This document shows, one piece after another, positions 1-10,589 of a stretch of DNA of 64,000 bases. The first letter of the stretch is position 1; every line of letters starts with the position of its first letter. This DNA is from Desulfomonilia bacterium (GTDB lineage Bacteria; Desulfobacterota; Desulfomonilia; UBA1062). Location: assembly GCA_050014195.1 (NCBI GenBank), contig JBEKDT010000001.1:426296-490295 (forward strand), read 5' to 3'. Under the pieces are notes generated by a model that worked only from the letters and a program-made list of their open reading frames with translations, searched no databases and was not told the origin of the DNA. The translations under genes were made by a program, and so were the position numbers.

Positions 1-535
1 GGAGATAGCTCAAATAAAGAGCGGCAGCGGCCGAGGTGTCGCCCGTGGAGGCGCAGATGCCGAGGACGCTACTTAAGTTTTTAACCCTGATGATGTGATT
101 AAGAAAGGATATCGCCGATGCCATGCCCCGGTCCTTGAAGCTGGCGGAAGGGTTCAACCCGTCGTTCTTTACGAAAAACGATGCACCCACCCACGTGCTT
201 AATTCAGGGTTTGCCCTGACCATAGGCGTTTGACCTTCACCCAGGTAGATAACGTCTTGAAGCGGTATGATGGGCAAAATCAGCTCATGGAAACGGAAGA
301 TGCCCTGGATCTCCAGGACATTACTGTTCCTACGGGCATCAAAGATATTCTTCCAAGTTCCGGGCGGTGTGGCCTTCAGTTCGTCGAAGGCCGTGTTCTC
401 AATCCTCAAAAGAGACTTGCAGGTCGGGCATGTGTAGATGAATTCGTAGATATCATAGCGCTGTCCGCATCCGATGCATGCATAAACCAGGTTCCCTCTT
501 TTCTTAGGCATGTATGGTTCGGACTTTTCCGGCAT
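1..535 (-). CDS. thrC: Threonine synthase, N-terminal part (runs off window start; not in ORF track)
   Basis: Manual translation from ATG 535: MPEKSEPY..CIGCG..CPTC..YLGEGQTP..KNDGLNPSASFKDRGM..CASTGDTSAAAA; PLP-lysine motif SFKDRG. Confidence 0.9.
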   Translation of the reverse strand, partial: MPEKSEPYMPKKRGNLVYACIGCGQRYDIYEFIYTCPTCKSLLRIENTAFDELKATPPGTWKNIFDARRNSNVLEIQGIFRFHELILPIIPLQDVIYLGEGQTPMVRANPELSTWVGASFFVKNDGLNPSASFKDRGMASAISFLNHIIRVKNLSSVLGICASTGDTSAAAALYLSYL

Positions 536-642
536 CACTTCCCCTTCAACCTATAAAGGCCCCACACTGTATAATAGACTATTGACTTTTTCAATACTTT
601 TTTGGCATCTTAACGGCTTATTTCTTCAGCCTGGGAGAACAT

Positions 643-1545
643 ATGGAAACCTTCACAAATATAGAATTTCCTGCTGTAAAAAAGTTGGGGAGCGGCAAGG
701 TCAGAGAGATATTTGATGCCGGCTCCGAGCATCTTCTTATTGTCACTACCGATCGCATCTCAGCCTTTGATGTGATCCTGCCCGATCCAATCCCTTCCAA
801 AGGCTGTGTCTTAAACCTACTCTCCCTGTTTTGGTTTGAAAAAGGATCATCCATCATCAAGAATCATGTGGTAACTTCAGCCGTGAACGCCTACACGGAG
901 CCATTTAAGGGAGACAGCCGCCTAGCCGGGAGGTCCATGCTGGTAAAAAAAACCAACCCTCTGCCCGTGGAGTGTATTGTAAGAGGGTACATCTCGGGCT
1001 CGGGCTGGAAAGAATACCTTAAACTCGGCTCCGTCTCCGGGGTGAAGCTCCCTACCGGACTAAGGGAATCAGACCGCCTTCCTGAACCTATATTTACTCC
1101 CTCCACCAAGGCACAGATCGGGCATCACGACATCAATATCGATATGAAGACCGCAGGAGACCTCGTGGGTCAGTCCCTTATCGAAGAGGTAAAGAGTATC
1201 TCACTTTCAATCTACTCCATGGCGGCGGCCCATGCGCTGGGAAAGGGTATCATCATTGCCGACACGAAATTCGAGTTCGGGCTTTTAGAGGGAGAGCTCA
1301 TCTGGATCGACGAGGCCCTCACTCCCGATTCCTCCAGGTTCTGGCCGCTTGAAGGGTACATGCCGGGAGGGCCGCAGAAGAGCTTTGATAAACAGTTTGT
1401 CCGCGACTACCTGGAAACTCTGGATTGGAACAAGACAGCACCGGGGCCCAATCTGCCGCAGGACATCATTAAGAAGACCTCTGAGAAGTATATTGCCGCC
1501 TATGAGCTGCTTACGGGAAGAATATTCGCACAAGAACGGGCATAG
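643..1545 (+). CDS. purC: SAICAR synthetase
   Basis: [52 protein letters not shown] motifs. Confidence 0.97.
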   Translation: METFTNIEFPAVKKLGSGKVREIFDAGSEHLLIVTTDRISAFDVILPDPIPSKGCVLNLLSLFWFEKGSSIIKNHVVTSAVNAYTEPFKGDSRLAGRSMLVKKTNPLPVECIVRGYISGSGWKEYLKLGSVSGVKLPTGLRESDRLPEPIFTPSTKAQIGHHDINIDMKTAGDLVGQSLIEEVKSISLSIYSMAAAHALGKGIIIADTKFEFGLLEGELIWIDEALTPDSSRFWPLEGYMPGGPQKSFDKQFVRDYLETLDWNKTAPGPNLPQDIIKKTSEKYIAAYELLTGRIFAQERA

Positions 1546-1597
1546 AATCCGCCCCTGCTGCTTTTTTAGAATGGTCTTTCATGATGCAGGAGCTCTA

Positions 1598-1634
1598 TAA
1601 AAAAAACCACCACTCAAGAAGGCGGTGGTTTTTT
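1598..1634. terminator. Bidirectional intrinsic terminator
   Basis: A-tract, ACCACC stem, loop, GGTGGT stem, T-tract between purC and minus-strand transcripts. Confidence 0.8.
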
Positions 1635-1812
1635 AGGAACGAGGATGACACTTTCTCAAGATGCAGGGTTCTTTCCGATCTCAATAAGGAGATGCCGGGG
1701 GTACCGAATAACAGGTCTGCGCGGCTCTATTTTTTATAGTTTCTTCATTTAACCTTATGGTCGGTTAGCCCGCCTAGGGATCGGTTTTTCGAATACCCCA
1801 GCTCTTCTCCCT
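1600..1812 (-). ncRNA. Candidate structured small RNA
   Basis: Long terminal stem 1687-1811 with G-U pairs favouring the minus strand, internal hairpins, upstream sigma28-like promoter, downstream terminator, only a 4-codon ORF seen. Confidence 0.55.
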
Positions 1813-1819
1813 AAGAAAT

Positions 1820-1846
1820 GTATCGGCAGCGATGTCGATTGCTTAA
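1820..1846 (-). promoter_or_regulatory. Sigma28 (FliA)-like promoter
   Basis: Minus strand TTAA-N15-GCCGATAC versus consensus TAAA-N15-GCCGATAA. Confidence 0.6.
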
Positions 1847-1908
1847 GCGTATTTCTTGAAAGAAAATTTCATGACGACCAGCGGTTCAATCTGGGTATTC
1901 CTCGCCTA

Positions 1909-2613
1909 TCATCTCAGGTTTTTATGGCCCCCCTGTGCAGACAAGAGATTGTTCACCCAGCTCCGGGCGGAGTCTGATACCGCACCGAAAGGTATCGGGG
2001 ACCCGACGATCAGATCCACAAGATGCTTCAGCATGCGTGCCGTGGCACCCCAGACTACGCCCCCCTCGATCTCAAGGAAATAGATGTTGACGCCCCTGCC
2101 CCGGAAATGAGACCGCTCAGCCATCCAGGCCGAATCACTCAGCGCCTTTCTCAAGGGGACCAGCAGCAGGATCTCGGACTCGCTGTTGATCTTAAAGTCG
2201 TACGGATAAGGGATGGCACCCACCACCGGCGTGATGTGATATCCCACAATGGATATATGGTCATCCAGTAGGCCCAGGACTTCCACGTCATCCCGGCAGA
2301 GCCCGATCTCCTCGTGGGCCTCCCGCAGAGCCGTCTCCACCAGGCCCTTATCGCCGGTCTCCACCCCTCCGCCCGGGAAGCAGATCTCTCCCTTGTGGTG
2401 CTCAACGTCCATGGACCGCATGGTGACAATCACCTGGGGATCACCGTCACTCCAGCACAGGGGGAGCAGGACGGCAGATTCCCGGAGGTCCTCCCGGGGG
2501 ATGATCCTCCTCTTGTGGGCGGCCAGCAGGGTACGGATATAATCCTTCAAGGCCTGCTCACTACCAAGAAGCTCATGGATTCTGGAACCTTGCATGGATG
2601 CTTCTATTACCAC
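1909..2613 (-). CDS. Nudix hydrolase, CoA pyrophosphatase (NudL/PCD1-like)
   Basis: SAVLLPL, HKGEICFPGG, Nudix box TALREAHEEIG, VWGATA. Confidence 0.9.
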   Translation of the reverse strand: MVIEASMQGSRIHELLGSEQALKDYIRTLLAAHKRRIIPREDLRESAVLLPLCWSDGDPQVIVTMRSMDVEHHKGEICFPGGGVETGDKGLVETALREAHEEIGLCRDDVEVLGLLDDHISIVGYHITPVVGAIPYPYDFKINSESEILLLVPLRKALSDSAWMAERSHFRGRGVNIYFLEIEGGVVWGATARMLKHLVDLIVGSPIPFGAVSDSARSWVNNLLSAQGGHKNLR

Positions 2614-2651
2614 AAAGAGCTTGCCATGAACAGGCTTGACCGCATGAGGTC

Positions 2652-3260
2652 TTGCTGTATATTATACCACTCATGAGAAGCAAAGGTGCAATCAAGAACT
2701 ACATCGTCCTCATCAGAGATCTGGTGAGTGATGTGGAACTCCTCCTGGATGACGACATTGAGCACGATTCTTCGCACAGGTGGAAGGAGCATGCAACACT
2801 CATCCTGGGTAAGATCCTCGGCAAGGATCACACCTATGTCAAACAATTCGCTGGGATAGAGTTCTGCACCCCTTTCTTCGACGACTTTGATGAGTTTATG
2901 GAGGAGGATACCTTCCGGCTCGCCCTGGAGGATGCCAGATCATTCCTCATCTCTCTCATCGACGAGCTTGAGAGCGAACACAACTGTACACCCGGCCTCA
3001 TGGACATGGAGAGCCTGTTCGCCGAGATGAACCGTTATGTCCTCGCCCGAGTGGGAGACCCGGGTATGCGCAGCAGCCTCCACAACCGGATCACAAGGCT
3101 GAGAAACGGCATGATGTCAGGCGAGATCTCAGGTGATGAGGTGCGCTACCACATGGAGCACATCGGCTGCCTTGATTCCGGGCTCTACGAGCGCATAGTC
3201 CCGCTCCTGACATGGTATTATATTCAGGGGGCGGGGTTTAAAGGGGCACACAACAACTAA
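2652..3260 (+). CDS. Hypothetical acidic protein (start uncertain)
   Basis: 202-aa ORF with host-like codon usage filling the gap before purH. Confidence 0.7.
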   Translation: MLYIIPLMRSKGAIKNYIVLIRDLVSDVELLLDDDIEHDSSHRWKEHATLILGKILGKDHTYVKQFAGIEFCTPFFDDFDEFMEEDTFRLALEDARSFLISLIDELESEHNCTPGLMDMESLFAEMNRYVLARVGDPGMRSSLHNRITRLRNGMMSGEISGDEVRYHMEHIGCLDSGLYERIVPLLTWYYIQGAGFKGAHNN

Positions 3261-3312
3261 CCCATATCACACCTCCCTTATACATTCATTATTCCTAAGG
3301 AAAGGAGTTTAC

Positions 3313-4884
3313 ATGCCGAAGATCACAAGGGCCCTTGTGAGCGTTACTGATAAAAAAGACATTACGGAATTCATCAAAGAGCTCGCTTCATTCGGGGTGG
3401 AGATCATCTCAACGGGCGGCACCGCCAAGGCACTGAAGGATAACGGCATTAAGGTGGTGGACATCTCCGAGTATACAGGCTTCCCCGAGATGATGGACGG
3501 CAGGCTCAAGACCCTGCACCCCCTGGTACACGGCGGGATGCTTGCCGTGCGTGACAATCCCGAGCACGTCGAGGCCATGAAAAAGCATGGCATCAAGCCC
3601 ATTGATATGCTCGTAGTAAATCTCTACCGGTTTGAAGAGACCATTGCCAAGGGTGCATCTCTTAAAGAGGCCATCGAGAATATCGACATCGGCGGCCCCG
3701 CCATGGTAAGGGCCGCATCCAAGAACTACAAGTACGTGTCCGTGGTGACCGATACTTCCCAGTATCCCAAGATTATTGATGAGATGAAGCAGACCGGCGG
3801 CACGGTGAGTGAAAAGACCAACTTCGAGCTTGCCCGGGATGCATTCTCTCTCACCGCGCGCTATGATGCCGCCATATCCAACTACCTCCAGGGTATCGAT
3901 GTGGAGGAGGGGCAGTTCCCTCTCACGTATACGGTCCAGTACAAGCGCTCCCAGATCATGCGATATGGCGAGAACCCACACCAGAAGGCTGCATTCTACA
4001 GCGAACCCAACATAGACCAGCCCGCAATATCAAGCGCCGAGAAGCTCTGGGGCAAGGAGCTCTCGTACAATAATATCATGGATTCCGATGCGGCCCTTGA
4101 CCTCATCATGGAGTTCGACAAGCCCGCATGCGTGATACTCAAGCATTCCAACCCCTGCGGGGCAGCCCAATCTACAAGCTCTTTGGCCGAGGCATACCGC
4201 AAGGCCCTGGCCGTTGATACTACGAGCGCCTTCGGCGGCATCGTGGGCCTGAACCGGGTCGTGGATGCCGAGACGGCCAGGGCTATCGGCGAGATCTTTA
4301 CCGAGGTGGTTGTGGCGCCCGATTACACCCCAGAGGCCTTGGCCATCCTCGAGGAGAAGAAGAATGTACGCCTCCTGAAGGTTCCGGGAATTGCCCAGGG
4401 TATCAAGGCAAAGAAGCAGATGCTCTCTTCACGCAGGGTCACCGGCGGCCTGCTCCTCCAGGAACGCGATCTGGGCGACATCGACCTTACAAAGGCCCAG
4501 GTGGTTACCAGGCGCAAGCCCACCAGTGAGGAAATGGAGGCGTTGAAGTTTGCATGGAGGATCGTTAAATATGTCAAGTCCAACGCGGTCATTTATGCAA
4601 CAAAGGACCAGCTCATCGGTGTGGGTGCAGGCCAGATGAGCAGGGTGGACTCCTCGAAACTGGCTATCATCAAGGCTGCCAATGCAGGGCTTTCCACCAA
4701 GGGTACGGTAGTGGCATCGGATGCCTTCTTTCCCTTCAGGGACGGTATCGACGAGGCCGCCAAGGCAGGCGCAACGGCCGTGGTGCAACCGGGCGGTTCG
4801 GTGCGGGACGCGGAGGTCATCCAGGCAGCCGATGAGCATGACATGGCCATGATCTTTACCGGCATGCGTCATTTCAGGCACTAG
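3313..4884 (+). CDS. purH: Bifunctional AICAR transformylase/IMP cyclohydrolase
   Basis: [50 protein letters not shown]. Confidence 0.98.
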   Translation: MPKITRALVSVTDKKDITEFIKELASFGVEIISTGGTAKALKDNGIKVVDISEYTGFPEMMDGRLKTLHPLVHGGMLAVRDNPEHVEAMKKHGIKPIDMLVVNLYRFEETIAKGASLKEAIENIDIGGPAMVRAASKNYKYVSVVTDTSQYPKIIDEMKQTGGTVSEKTNFELARDAFSLTARYDAAISNYLQGIDVEEGQFPLTYTVQYKRSQIMRYGENPHQKAAFYSEPNIDQPAISSAEKLWGKELSYNNIMDSDAALDLIMEFDKPACVILKHSNPCGAAQSTSSLAEAYRKALAVDTTSAFGGIVGLNRVVDAETARAIGEIFTEVVVAPDYTPEALAILEEKKNVRLLKVPGIAQGIKAKKQMLSSRRVTGGLLLQERDLGDIDLTKAQVVTRRKPTSEEMEALKFAWRIVKYVKSNAVIYATKDQLIGVGAGQMSRVDSSKLAIIKAANAGLSTKGTVVASDAFFPFRDGIDEAAKAGATAVVQPGGSVRDAEVIQAADEHDMAMIFTGMRHFRH

Positions 4885-4894
4885 GAGGTATTTC

Positions 4895-6175
4895 ATGCGG
4901 GTGCTGGTGGTAGGCTCGGGCGGCAGGGAGCATACCCTGTGCTGGAAGATCGCACAGAGCAGCCTCGTGGACGAGGTGTTCTGCGCCCCCGGCAACGGCG
5001 GCATCGCCCAGGACGCAGTTTGCGTAGACATCGGGGCGGATGACATCGCAGGCCTGCTGAAGTTTGCAAAGAACAACCGTTTCGATCTCACTGTCGTGGG
5101 CCCCGAGGCGCCACTGACAGCAGGCATTGTGGATGCCTTCCGCTCAGAAGGCCTTGCCGTCTTCGGGCCGGACAAGGCGGCCGCAGCACTCGAGGGCTCA
5201 AAGGCCTTTGCCAAGGATGTGATGAAGGCCTGCGGCATCCCTACTGCAACCTATCGGGTATTCTCGGATGTGCATGCCGCCAGGACTTTTATTAAAGAGG
5301 CCCCCTACAACGTGGTGGTCAAAGCAGACGGCCTGGCAGCGGGCAAGGGAGTGCTCGTCACCTCGTCCAAGGAAGAGGCCTATGCAGCCATCGATGAGGT
5401 CATGGTGAAGAAGTCCTTCGGCGCGGCAGGAGACCGGGCTTTAGTAGAGGAGCTCCTCGATGGAGAGGAGGCCTCGTTCATTGCCATCTGCGACGGCGAG
5501 AACGTCCTGCCGCTGGCCTCGTCCCAGGACCACAAGCGGGTCTTTGACAACGATGAAGGGCCCAACACGGGCGGCATGGGCGCATACTCGCCTGCTCCCG
5601 TGGTGGATGATACAGTCACGGCTGCGGTGATGGAAAAGATCCTGAACCCCCTCGCCAGGGGCCTGAAGAAACAGGGCATCACATATCGGGGTGTCATTTA
5701 TGCAGGGCTCATGATCACCAAGACCGGCCCATCCGTGCTTGAGTTCAATGTGCGCTTGGGGGACCCTGAGACACAGCCCTTGCTCATGCGGTGCAAGAGC
5801 GACATTGTGCCGGTGCTCCTGGAAGTTGCGAATGGCGGGGTCATAAGAAACTATACTCTCGATTGGGAAGAAGGTCCCAGTGTATGCGTGGTCGTAGCCT
5901 CAGGGGGTTACCCGGGCTCCATCGAGAAGGGCAAGGTGATAAGCGGCATCGCTCAGGCTGACAAGATCGCCGGTGTGAAGGTCTTTCATGCCGGCACAAG
6001 GCTCCAGGGAGATGCCTTTGTCACCATAGGCGGCAGGGTACTGGGCGTGACTGCAAAGGCCCATGAGTTGAAGGCCGCCATCGACAAGGCATACCAGGCG
6101 ATATCCTTGATCTCCTTCGACAGGATGCACTTTCGCAAAGATATCGGGCACAAGGCCCTGAAGAGGTTGTCATGA
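4895..6175 (+). CDS. purD: Phosphoribosylamine-glycine ligase
   Basis: GSGGREH, APGNGG, LEGSKAFAK, KADGLAAGKGV, QDHKR, GPNTGGMG. Confidence 0.98.
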   Translation: MRVLVVGSGGREHTLCWKIAQSSLVDEVFCAPGNGGIAQDAVCVDIGADDIAGLLKFAKNNRFDLTVVGPEAPLTAGIVDAFRSEGLAVFGPDKAAAALEGSKAFAKDVMKACGIPTATYRVFSDVHAARTFIKEAPYNVVVKADGLAAGKGVLVTSSKEEAYAAIDEVMVKKSFGAAGDRALVEELLDGEEASFIAICDGENVLPLASSQDHKRVFDNDEGPNTGGMGAYSPAPVVDDTVTAAVMEKILNPLARGLKKQGITYRGVIYAGLMITKTGPSVLEFNVRLGDPETQPLLMRCKSDIVPVLLEVANGGVIRNYTLDWEEGPSVCVVVASGGYPGSIEKGKVISGIAQADKIAGVKVFHAGTRLQGDAFVTIGGRVLGVTAKAHELKAAIDKAYQAISLISFDRMHFRKDIGHKALKRLS

Positions 6176-6660
6176 AAGTAGCCGTTCTCATGGGAAGCAA
6201 GTCGGACCTTTCGATCATGGAGGAGGCATCGGTCGTACTCAAGCAGTTCGGCATCGATTGCGAGATGCGCATCATGTCTGCGCACCGTACGCCTGATGAG
6301 GTCCTGGCCTTCAGCAGGGATGCAAAGGCAAACGGGTTCTCGGTGATCATAGCAGGTGCGGGCATGGCAGCGCATTTGGCTGGAGTCATTGCAGCGCATA
6401 CAACCCTGCCTGTCATCGGCGTACCCATTGCCTCCTCTTCGCTGAACGGCATGGATGCCCTGCTCGCCATGGTGCAGATGCCTCCAGGCGTGCCGGTTGC
6501 TACGGTGAGCGTCGGCAAGGCAGGTGCGAAGAACGCGGCACTGCTTGCCGTGGAGATCCTTGCGCTCAACAATGAAAGGCTCCAGAAAAGACTGGCCCAG
6601 TACCGCTCCGACATGAGAAAGACCGTCCTGGAAGAAGACGACAGCATCAAGAACTCCTGA
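6172..6660 (+). CDS. purE: N5-CAIR mutase
   Basis: MGSKSD, SAHRTP, AGAGMAAHL, QMPPGVPVATV. Confidence 0.97.
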   Translation: MKVAVLMGSKSDLSIMEEASVVLKQFGIDCEMRIMSAHRTPDEVLAFSRDAKANGFSVIIAGAGMAAHLAGVIAAHTTLPVIGVPIASSSLNGMDALLAMVQMPPGVPVATVSVGKAGAKNAALLAVEILALNNERLQKRLAQYRSDMRKTVLEEDDSIKNS

Positions 6661-6663
6661 GCC

Positions 6664-7272
6664 ATGATCGTCACGAAAGATGCCTCAGCCATCGCCTCCC
6701 TACTCACCGGGCAGCCGGGCTCACTGGTCGCTTACCCCACCGAAACCTTTTACGGGCTTGGTGCACGGATCGCCGATCATAGTGCGCTTAATAGGCTGCT
6801 GCGCGTTAAAGGGAGGGATGCGACAAAAGGCATGATCGTGCTTGTGTCCGATCTGAGGATGGCATGCAGCATCGCGCGGATCAGCGACCCCTGGAAATCG
6901 ATACTGGAGAAATTCTGGCCCGGACCTATCAGTGTCGTGCTTTACGCACTCGATGATGTGGACCCGCTCATAGTCTCCCAGGGGAAAATAGCCCTCAGGA
7001 TCTCCCCCTTGAGCCTGGCTACATCGCTTGTAGAGCTGGCCGGCCCCATTACTTCCACCTCTGCAAATAGATCCGGCGAGCCGCCAGCACAGACAGCAGA
7101 AGAAGTGGCGAAACAAGGGTTAGATACCGACGCTATCCTGGACGGGGGCCGGACACCAGGAGGAAAACCCTCTACCCTCATCGACCTCACGGTCTGGCCG
7201 CCTTTATGCCTGAGGGAAGGGGCGGTACCCTTTCAGGAGATATTTGGACTTATTTCCCATGTTCTATCCTAG
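6664..7272 (+). CDS. tsaC: L-threonylcarbamoyladenylate synthase (YrdC/Sua5 family)
   Basis: PTETFYGL, KGR, FWPGP, TSTSANRSG motifs. Confidence 0.92.
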   Translation: MIVTKDASAIASLLTGQPGSLVAYPTETFYGLGARIADHSALNRLLRVKGRDATKGMIVLVSDLRMACSIARISDPWKSILEKFWPGPISVVLYALDDVDPLIVSQGKIALRISPLSLATSLVELAGPITSTSANRSGEPPAQTAEEVAKQGLDTDAILDGGRTPGGKPSTLIDLTVWPPLCLREGAVPFQEIFGLISHVLS

Positions 7273-7275
7273 GTT

Positions 7276-8061
7276 TCACCGGCCGGAAAAGCTCGGCTTA
7301 CGTCTCTCCAGCATGGCATCGATCCCTTCACGGGCATCATGTGTCCTGCCTGCCTCCATGATCCCGAGCCTTTCCTGCTCGAGCTGGTTTTCCAGGAGGG
7401 GGAGCATGGCACGGTTCAGGTTCTCCTTGGCAATGGCAAAGGCCGCAAGGGGTCCCTTCACGATGCGCTGAACCTTCTCAATGGTCTTCTTCTCCAGGTC
7501 GGCATCATCTACCACCTCGCCCACCAGGCCGATCTCATACGCCTTCTTGGCATCAATCATGGGGTCTGTGAAGATGAGCTCGGATGCCCTTCCGAACCCG
7601 ATGAGGAGCGGCACGTTCAGGCTCCAGGCCCCGTCGGGCGTCAGGCCCACCGAGGTATATGCCTGGCGGAAAACGGCCGATGCGCCGCAGATCCGCAGGT
7701 CGCAGGCTGCCGCAATGGACAGGCCCGCGCCCATACATACCCCGTTGATCATGGCGATCACCGGCTTATCCATCCGTCTGATACCCGAGATGAGGGGGTT
7801 GAAGAGCTTGGTCATCTGCCTGGTGGTATCGCCGATGTCCTCCGACTCCCTGAAGGCCGCAACATCACCACCTGCACAGAAGGCTTTACCCGAGCCGGTG
7901 ATTATGACCGCCTTGGTTGTGTCATCATCCCAGCACACCTCAAGGGCCTTCAGGAGATCTGCCGTGAGTTCGAAGTTCAGCGTGTTCATTTCCTTGAGCC
8001 GGTTCATTCGGATAATGGCAAGGTCATCCGATTGATCGAGAATGATGGTCTTAAAGTCCAT
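7276..8061 (-). CDS. Enoyl-CoA hydratase/isomerase (PaaG-like)
   Basis: AFCAGGD, KPVIAMINGVCMGAG, GLTPDG crotonase motifs. Confidence 0.92.
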   Translation of the reverse strand: MDFKTIILDQSDDLAIIRMNRLKEMNTLNFELTADLLKALEVCWDDDTTKAVIITGSGKAFCAGGDVAAFRESEDIGDTTRQMTKLFNPLISGIRRMDKPVIAMINGVCMGAGLSIAAACDLRICGASAVFRQAYTSVGLTPDGAWSLNVPLLIGFGRASELIFTDPMIDAKKAYEIGLVGEVVDDADLEKKTIEKVQRIVKGPLAAFAIAKENLNRAMLPLLENQLEQERLGIMEAGRTHDAREGIDAMLERRKPSFSGR

Positions 8062-8217
8062 AGAGCCTCCTCGTTATCATTATGCAAACCGACACTTGGG
8101 TAACTCATGCCCTGAATCAGCATATCTTTATACACCCCTTTGGATGCAAAACAAGCCTGCATAACCTCTCGAAGGGAATTATTTGATCAGATTGTTACGT
8201 ATGCCAAAACGATGCCG

Positions 8218-8345
8218 AGTCCTGTCGGATAAGACTAATCCTGCAACACAGGAAACCACTTCGAAATACCATGGTACACATATTTTAATAATCTAATGAA
8301 ATTATTGTGGAATTAATCTTTCGAAAAGTTGGTATAGGAATTGTA
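8218..8345 (+). promoter_or_regulatory. Tandem enhancer motif (8218-8257), AT-rich spacer and sigma54-like promoter TGGTATAGGAATTGTA (8330-8345)
   Basis: 40-bp motif aligns without gaps to copies at 28979 and 31851. Confidence 0.65.
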
Positions 8346-8376
8346 AGTACCCACCCCATGTCAATAATCTTTATTT

Positions 8377-8670
8377 TTGATGAGGAGCTCATATATGTAC
8401 AGGAAGAAGAACCGCGATGAGGTTTCAAAAACAAAGGAATTCACTGCTATCGACCCGTTGTACGATCTCATCGAGATCATGGGTGACCATCTCGTTCGAG
8501 TTTATGAGCACAGGGAGAAATCAAGAGAACAAATAGGTAGCTATAAACAACCCTGCCAGGACCGCCTGATCGTCGAAGCGATAGCTGAATTCCTTATGAC
8601 AGGCAAGTTCCAGCTCAGATGCCCGATCAACGAGTGGGAAAATGTCAGTGTGGGAAGGTTTGAACGCTGA
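8377..8670 (+). CDS. Small hypothetical protein, probable paralog of 29205-29468
   Basis: LYDLIE...FLMTGKFQL pattern shared with the 29205 ORF; start uncertain. Confidence 0.65.
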   Translation: MMRSSYMYRKKNRDEVSKTKEFTAIDPLYDLIEIMGDHLVRVYEHREKSREQIGSYKQPCQDRLIVEAIAEFLMTGKFQLRCPINEWENVSVGRFER

Positions 8671-8680
8671 GGGAGACTTT

Positions 8681-8875
8681 ATGAGCAGGGTTGTCTATCT
8701 TGTGGAAGAAGAATGTATCGGATGCGGAATGTGTCAGGATACATGCCCGGAGGTGTTCAAGCTTAACGAGGAAACCAACGTTGCCGAGGTCATCAAGCCT
8801 GAAGGAGGCCCTGAAGACCTCATCCAGGAGGCCATCGATTCATGCCCTGTCGAATGCATCCATTGGAAGGAATGA
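8681..8875 (+). CDS. Single-cluster ferredoxin
   Basis: CIGCGMCQDTCP and SCPVECI; RBS GGGAG before ATG 8681. Confidence 0.95.
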   Translation: MSRVVYLVEEECIGCGMCQDTCPEVFKLNEETNVAEVIKPEGGPEDLIQEAIDSCPVECIHWKE

Positions 8876-8947
8876 TCGCATCCATATGCGGGCTTGCATG
8901 GCTTCTATACATGCCGGCCACTTTGAGATTGAGATAGAATTCCTCTC

Positions 8948-9364
8948 TTACTCACCGATGATTTTCACCAGCACCCGCTTTTTCCGCCTCCCGTCGAACT
9001 CACCATAGAAGATCTGTTCCCAAGGTCCAAAATCGAGTTTACCATCAGTGACTGCCACGACCGCTTCACGTCCCATGATCTGGCGTTTCAAATGTCCGTC
9101 CGCATTATCCTCACCTACATTATGGTGGTACTGAGAAACAGGGCCGTGAGGAGCGAGCTTTTCGAGCCATACTTCAAAGTCATGGTGCAAACCACCCTCG
9201 TCATCATTGATGAACACACTGGCTGTGATGTGCATTGCATTCACCAGCACGAGACCTTCCTTTACGCCGCTTTCTTTCAGGCACTGCCTTACTTGAGGTG
9301 TGATGTTGATGAACTCGACACGTTTGTCCGTGTTGAACCAGAGTTCCTTGCGAAAGGAATTCAT
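8948..9364 (-). CDS. yjbQ: YjbQ/UPF0047 family protein
   Basis: [31 protein letters not shown]. Confidence 0.92.
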   Translation of the reverse strand: MNSFRKELWFNTDKRVEFINITPQVRQCLKESGVKEGLVLVNAMHITASVFINDDEGGLHHDFEVWLEKLAPHGPVSQYHHNVGEDNADGHLKRQIMGREAVVAVTDGKLDFGPWEQIFYGEFDGRRKKRVLVKIIGE

Positions 9365-9846
9365 CGTTTATCCCCATCATGCCTTCTTAACTCCATTGCC
9401 CATGAGGATACCATTAACCCTTCGTGAAACAGCACTCCTCGGTTTTCGTACTGTTCCGGTTCAAGCTGCCGAAGGTATTCCATCCCTGTAGAGGCCCCGT
9501 CCTCTGAGCTGAATGCGGATAGAATGGAATCTCCTACAACGGCATAAACGCCATACAGCGTCCCAAGGGTGGGGTTCCGCGAGCACCAGGTAGTCGTAAG
9601 GCCGTCTCTTTCAAAGGGGACAATCTCATAGTGATTCGTAAATTCCAAGCGGTTCTCTCCGAGCATCTTCATGGTACCTTCATTCACCCATAGATCGCCC
9701 TGGTGAATGATGCTCACTGTTCCTTCAGCCGCAACAGCTTTACCCTGATTATCTATGTACGTGCCTAACGCATGCCATGTTCCCGGGTGGAACAGAAAGG
9801 TGTGCCTCGTGGTTTCCATGTTTGCCCCCCTTATGAGATACTTCAT
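9361..9846 (-). CDS. Hypothetical beta-rich protein
   Basis: ORF overlapping the yjbQ start (translational coupling); no family recognised. Confidence 0.75.
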   Translation of the reverse strand: MKYLIRGANMETTRHTFLFHPGTWHALGTYIDNQGKAVAAEGTVSIIHQGDLWVNEGTMKMLGENRLEFTNHYEIVPFERDGLTTTWCSRNPTLGTLYGVYAVVGDSILSAFSSEDGASTGMEYLRQLEPEQYENRGVLFHEGLMVSSWAMELRRHDGDKR

Positions 9847-10019
9847 GATGCATAAAAAAATCTAGTCCAGCATCCACACTGGCCTTGGTGATGATACGAG
9901 AATAATACAGCCGATGTATGAAGCGCAAGTGTTGAACATATTACGTTGCAGCAAAACAGGACAGGAGGACTTGATTATAACAACGGCAATGGAGACAAAA
10001 AGTTTTTGTATCTTGCGGC

Positions 10020-10589
10020 TTACCTTCTTTTCTTATAATCCTTTCCCGAGCAGAAGGCCTTGCCTGCATAGTCTCCAACTTTCCAGTATTGGTTGTCAGG
10101 CATGGTTAAAAGCAGGGGGTCCATCTTCTTGATATCGGGCCTGCCCTCCGTAAGGCATCCCTCACCGGCATAAGCCCCGACAATCTCACCTATGTAGAAG
10201 GTATTGGTAGGGAACTCCATGGTCTTATTGAGCTCGCACTCCAAACACAAAGGGCATTCCTCGATCATGGGTGCAGTTTTGAGCTTGCCGTAGAATACAT
10301 GAAAGAGGCCGGCTTTATCGGCCTTCTCGCCTGATACTATACCGCAGTAGTCGGTGATCTCCATCATCTCGGCGTTGGGGAAATTTATGCTGAAAGTCTT
10401 AGTCTCGGCTATGCCTGGACAGGTGTAGTGGTGCCTGCCCACACCCACGCCGATCATCGGCGGATTCGCATTGACCCGGGTGATCCACCCCAGGGCCATG
10501 AAGTTGGGCTTGGCGTTCACCTGGGTTCCCAGGAGGGTGACCGGCATGGGAAAGACAAACGTGTTCGCCCCGATATCCACTTTCTTCAA
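10020..10589 (-). CDS. Flavin reductase/flavoredoxin family protein
   Basis: PMPVTLLG, PNFMALGW, DYCGIVSG, APMIEECPLCLEC. Confidence 0.92.
   Translation of the reverse strand: MKKVDIGANTFVFPMPVTLLGTQVNAKPNFMALGWITRVNANPPMIGVGVGRHHYTCPGIAETKTFSINFPNAEMMEITDYCGIVSGEKADKAGLFHVFYGKLKTAPMIEECPLCLECELNKTMEFPTNTFYIGEIVGAYAGEGCLTEGRPDIKKMDPLLLTMPDNQYWKVGDYAGKAFCSGKDYKKRR

Noticed and set aside
230-556. 108-aa plus-strand ORF
   Set aside because: Antisense shadow of thrC, which has clear motifs on the minus strand
1687-1811. 6S RNA, SRP RNA or purine-related riboswitch identity for the hairpin
   Set aside because: No SRP GGAA-loop/GCAGC motif, no large symmetric central bubble, and it does not lead a coding gene; kept as an unknown RNA
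3261-3312. ZMP/ZTP riboswitch before purH
   Set aside because: Gap is only about 50 bp with no recognisable aptamer
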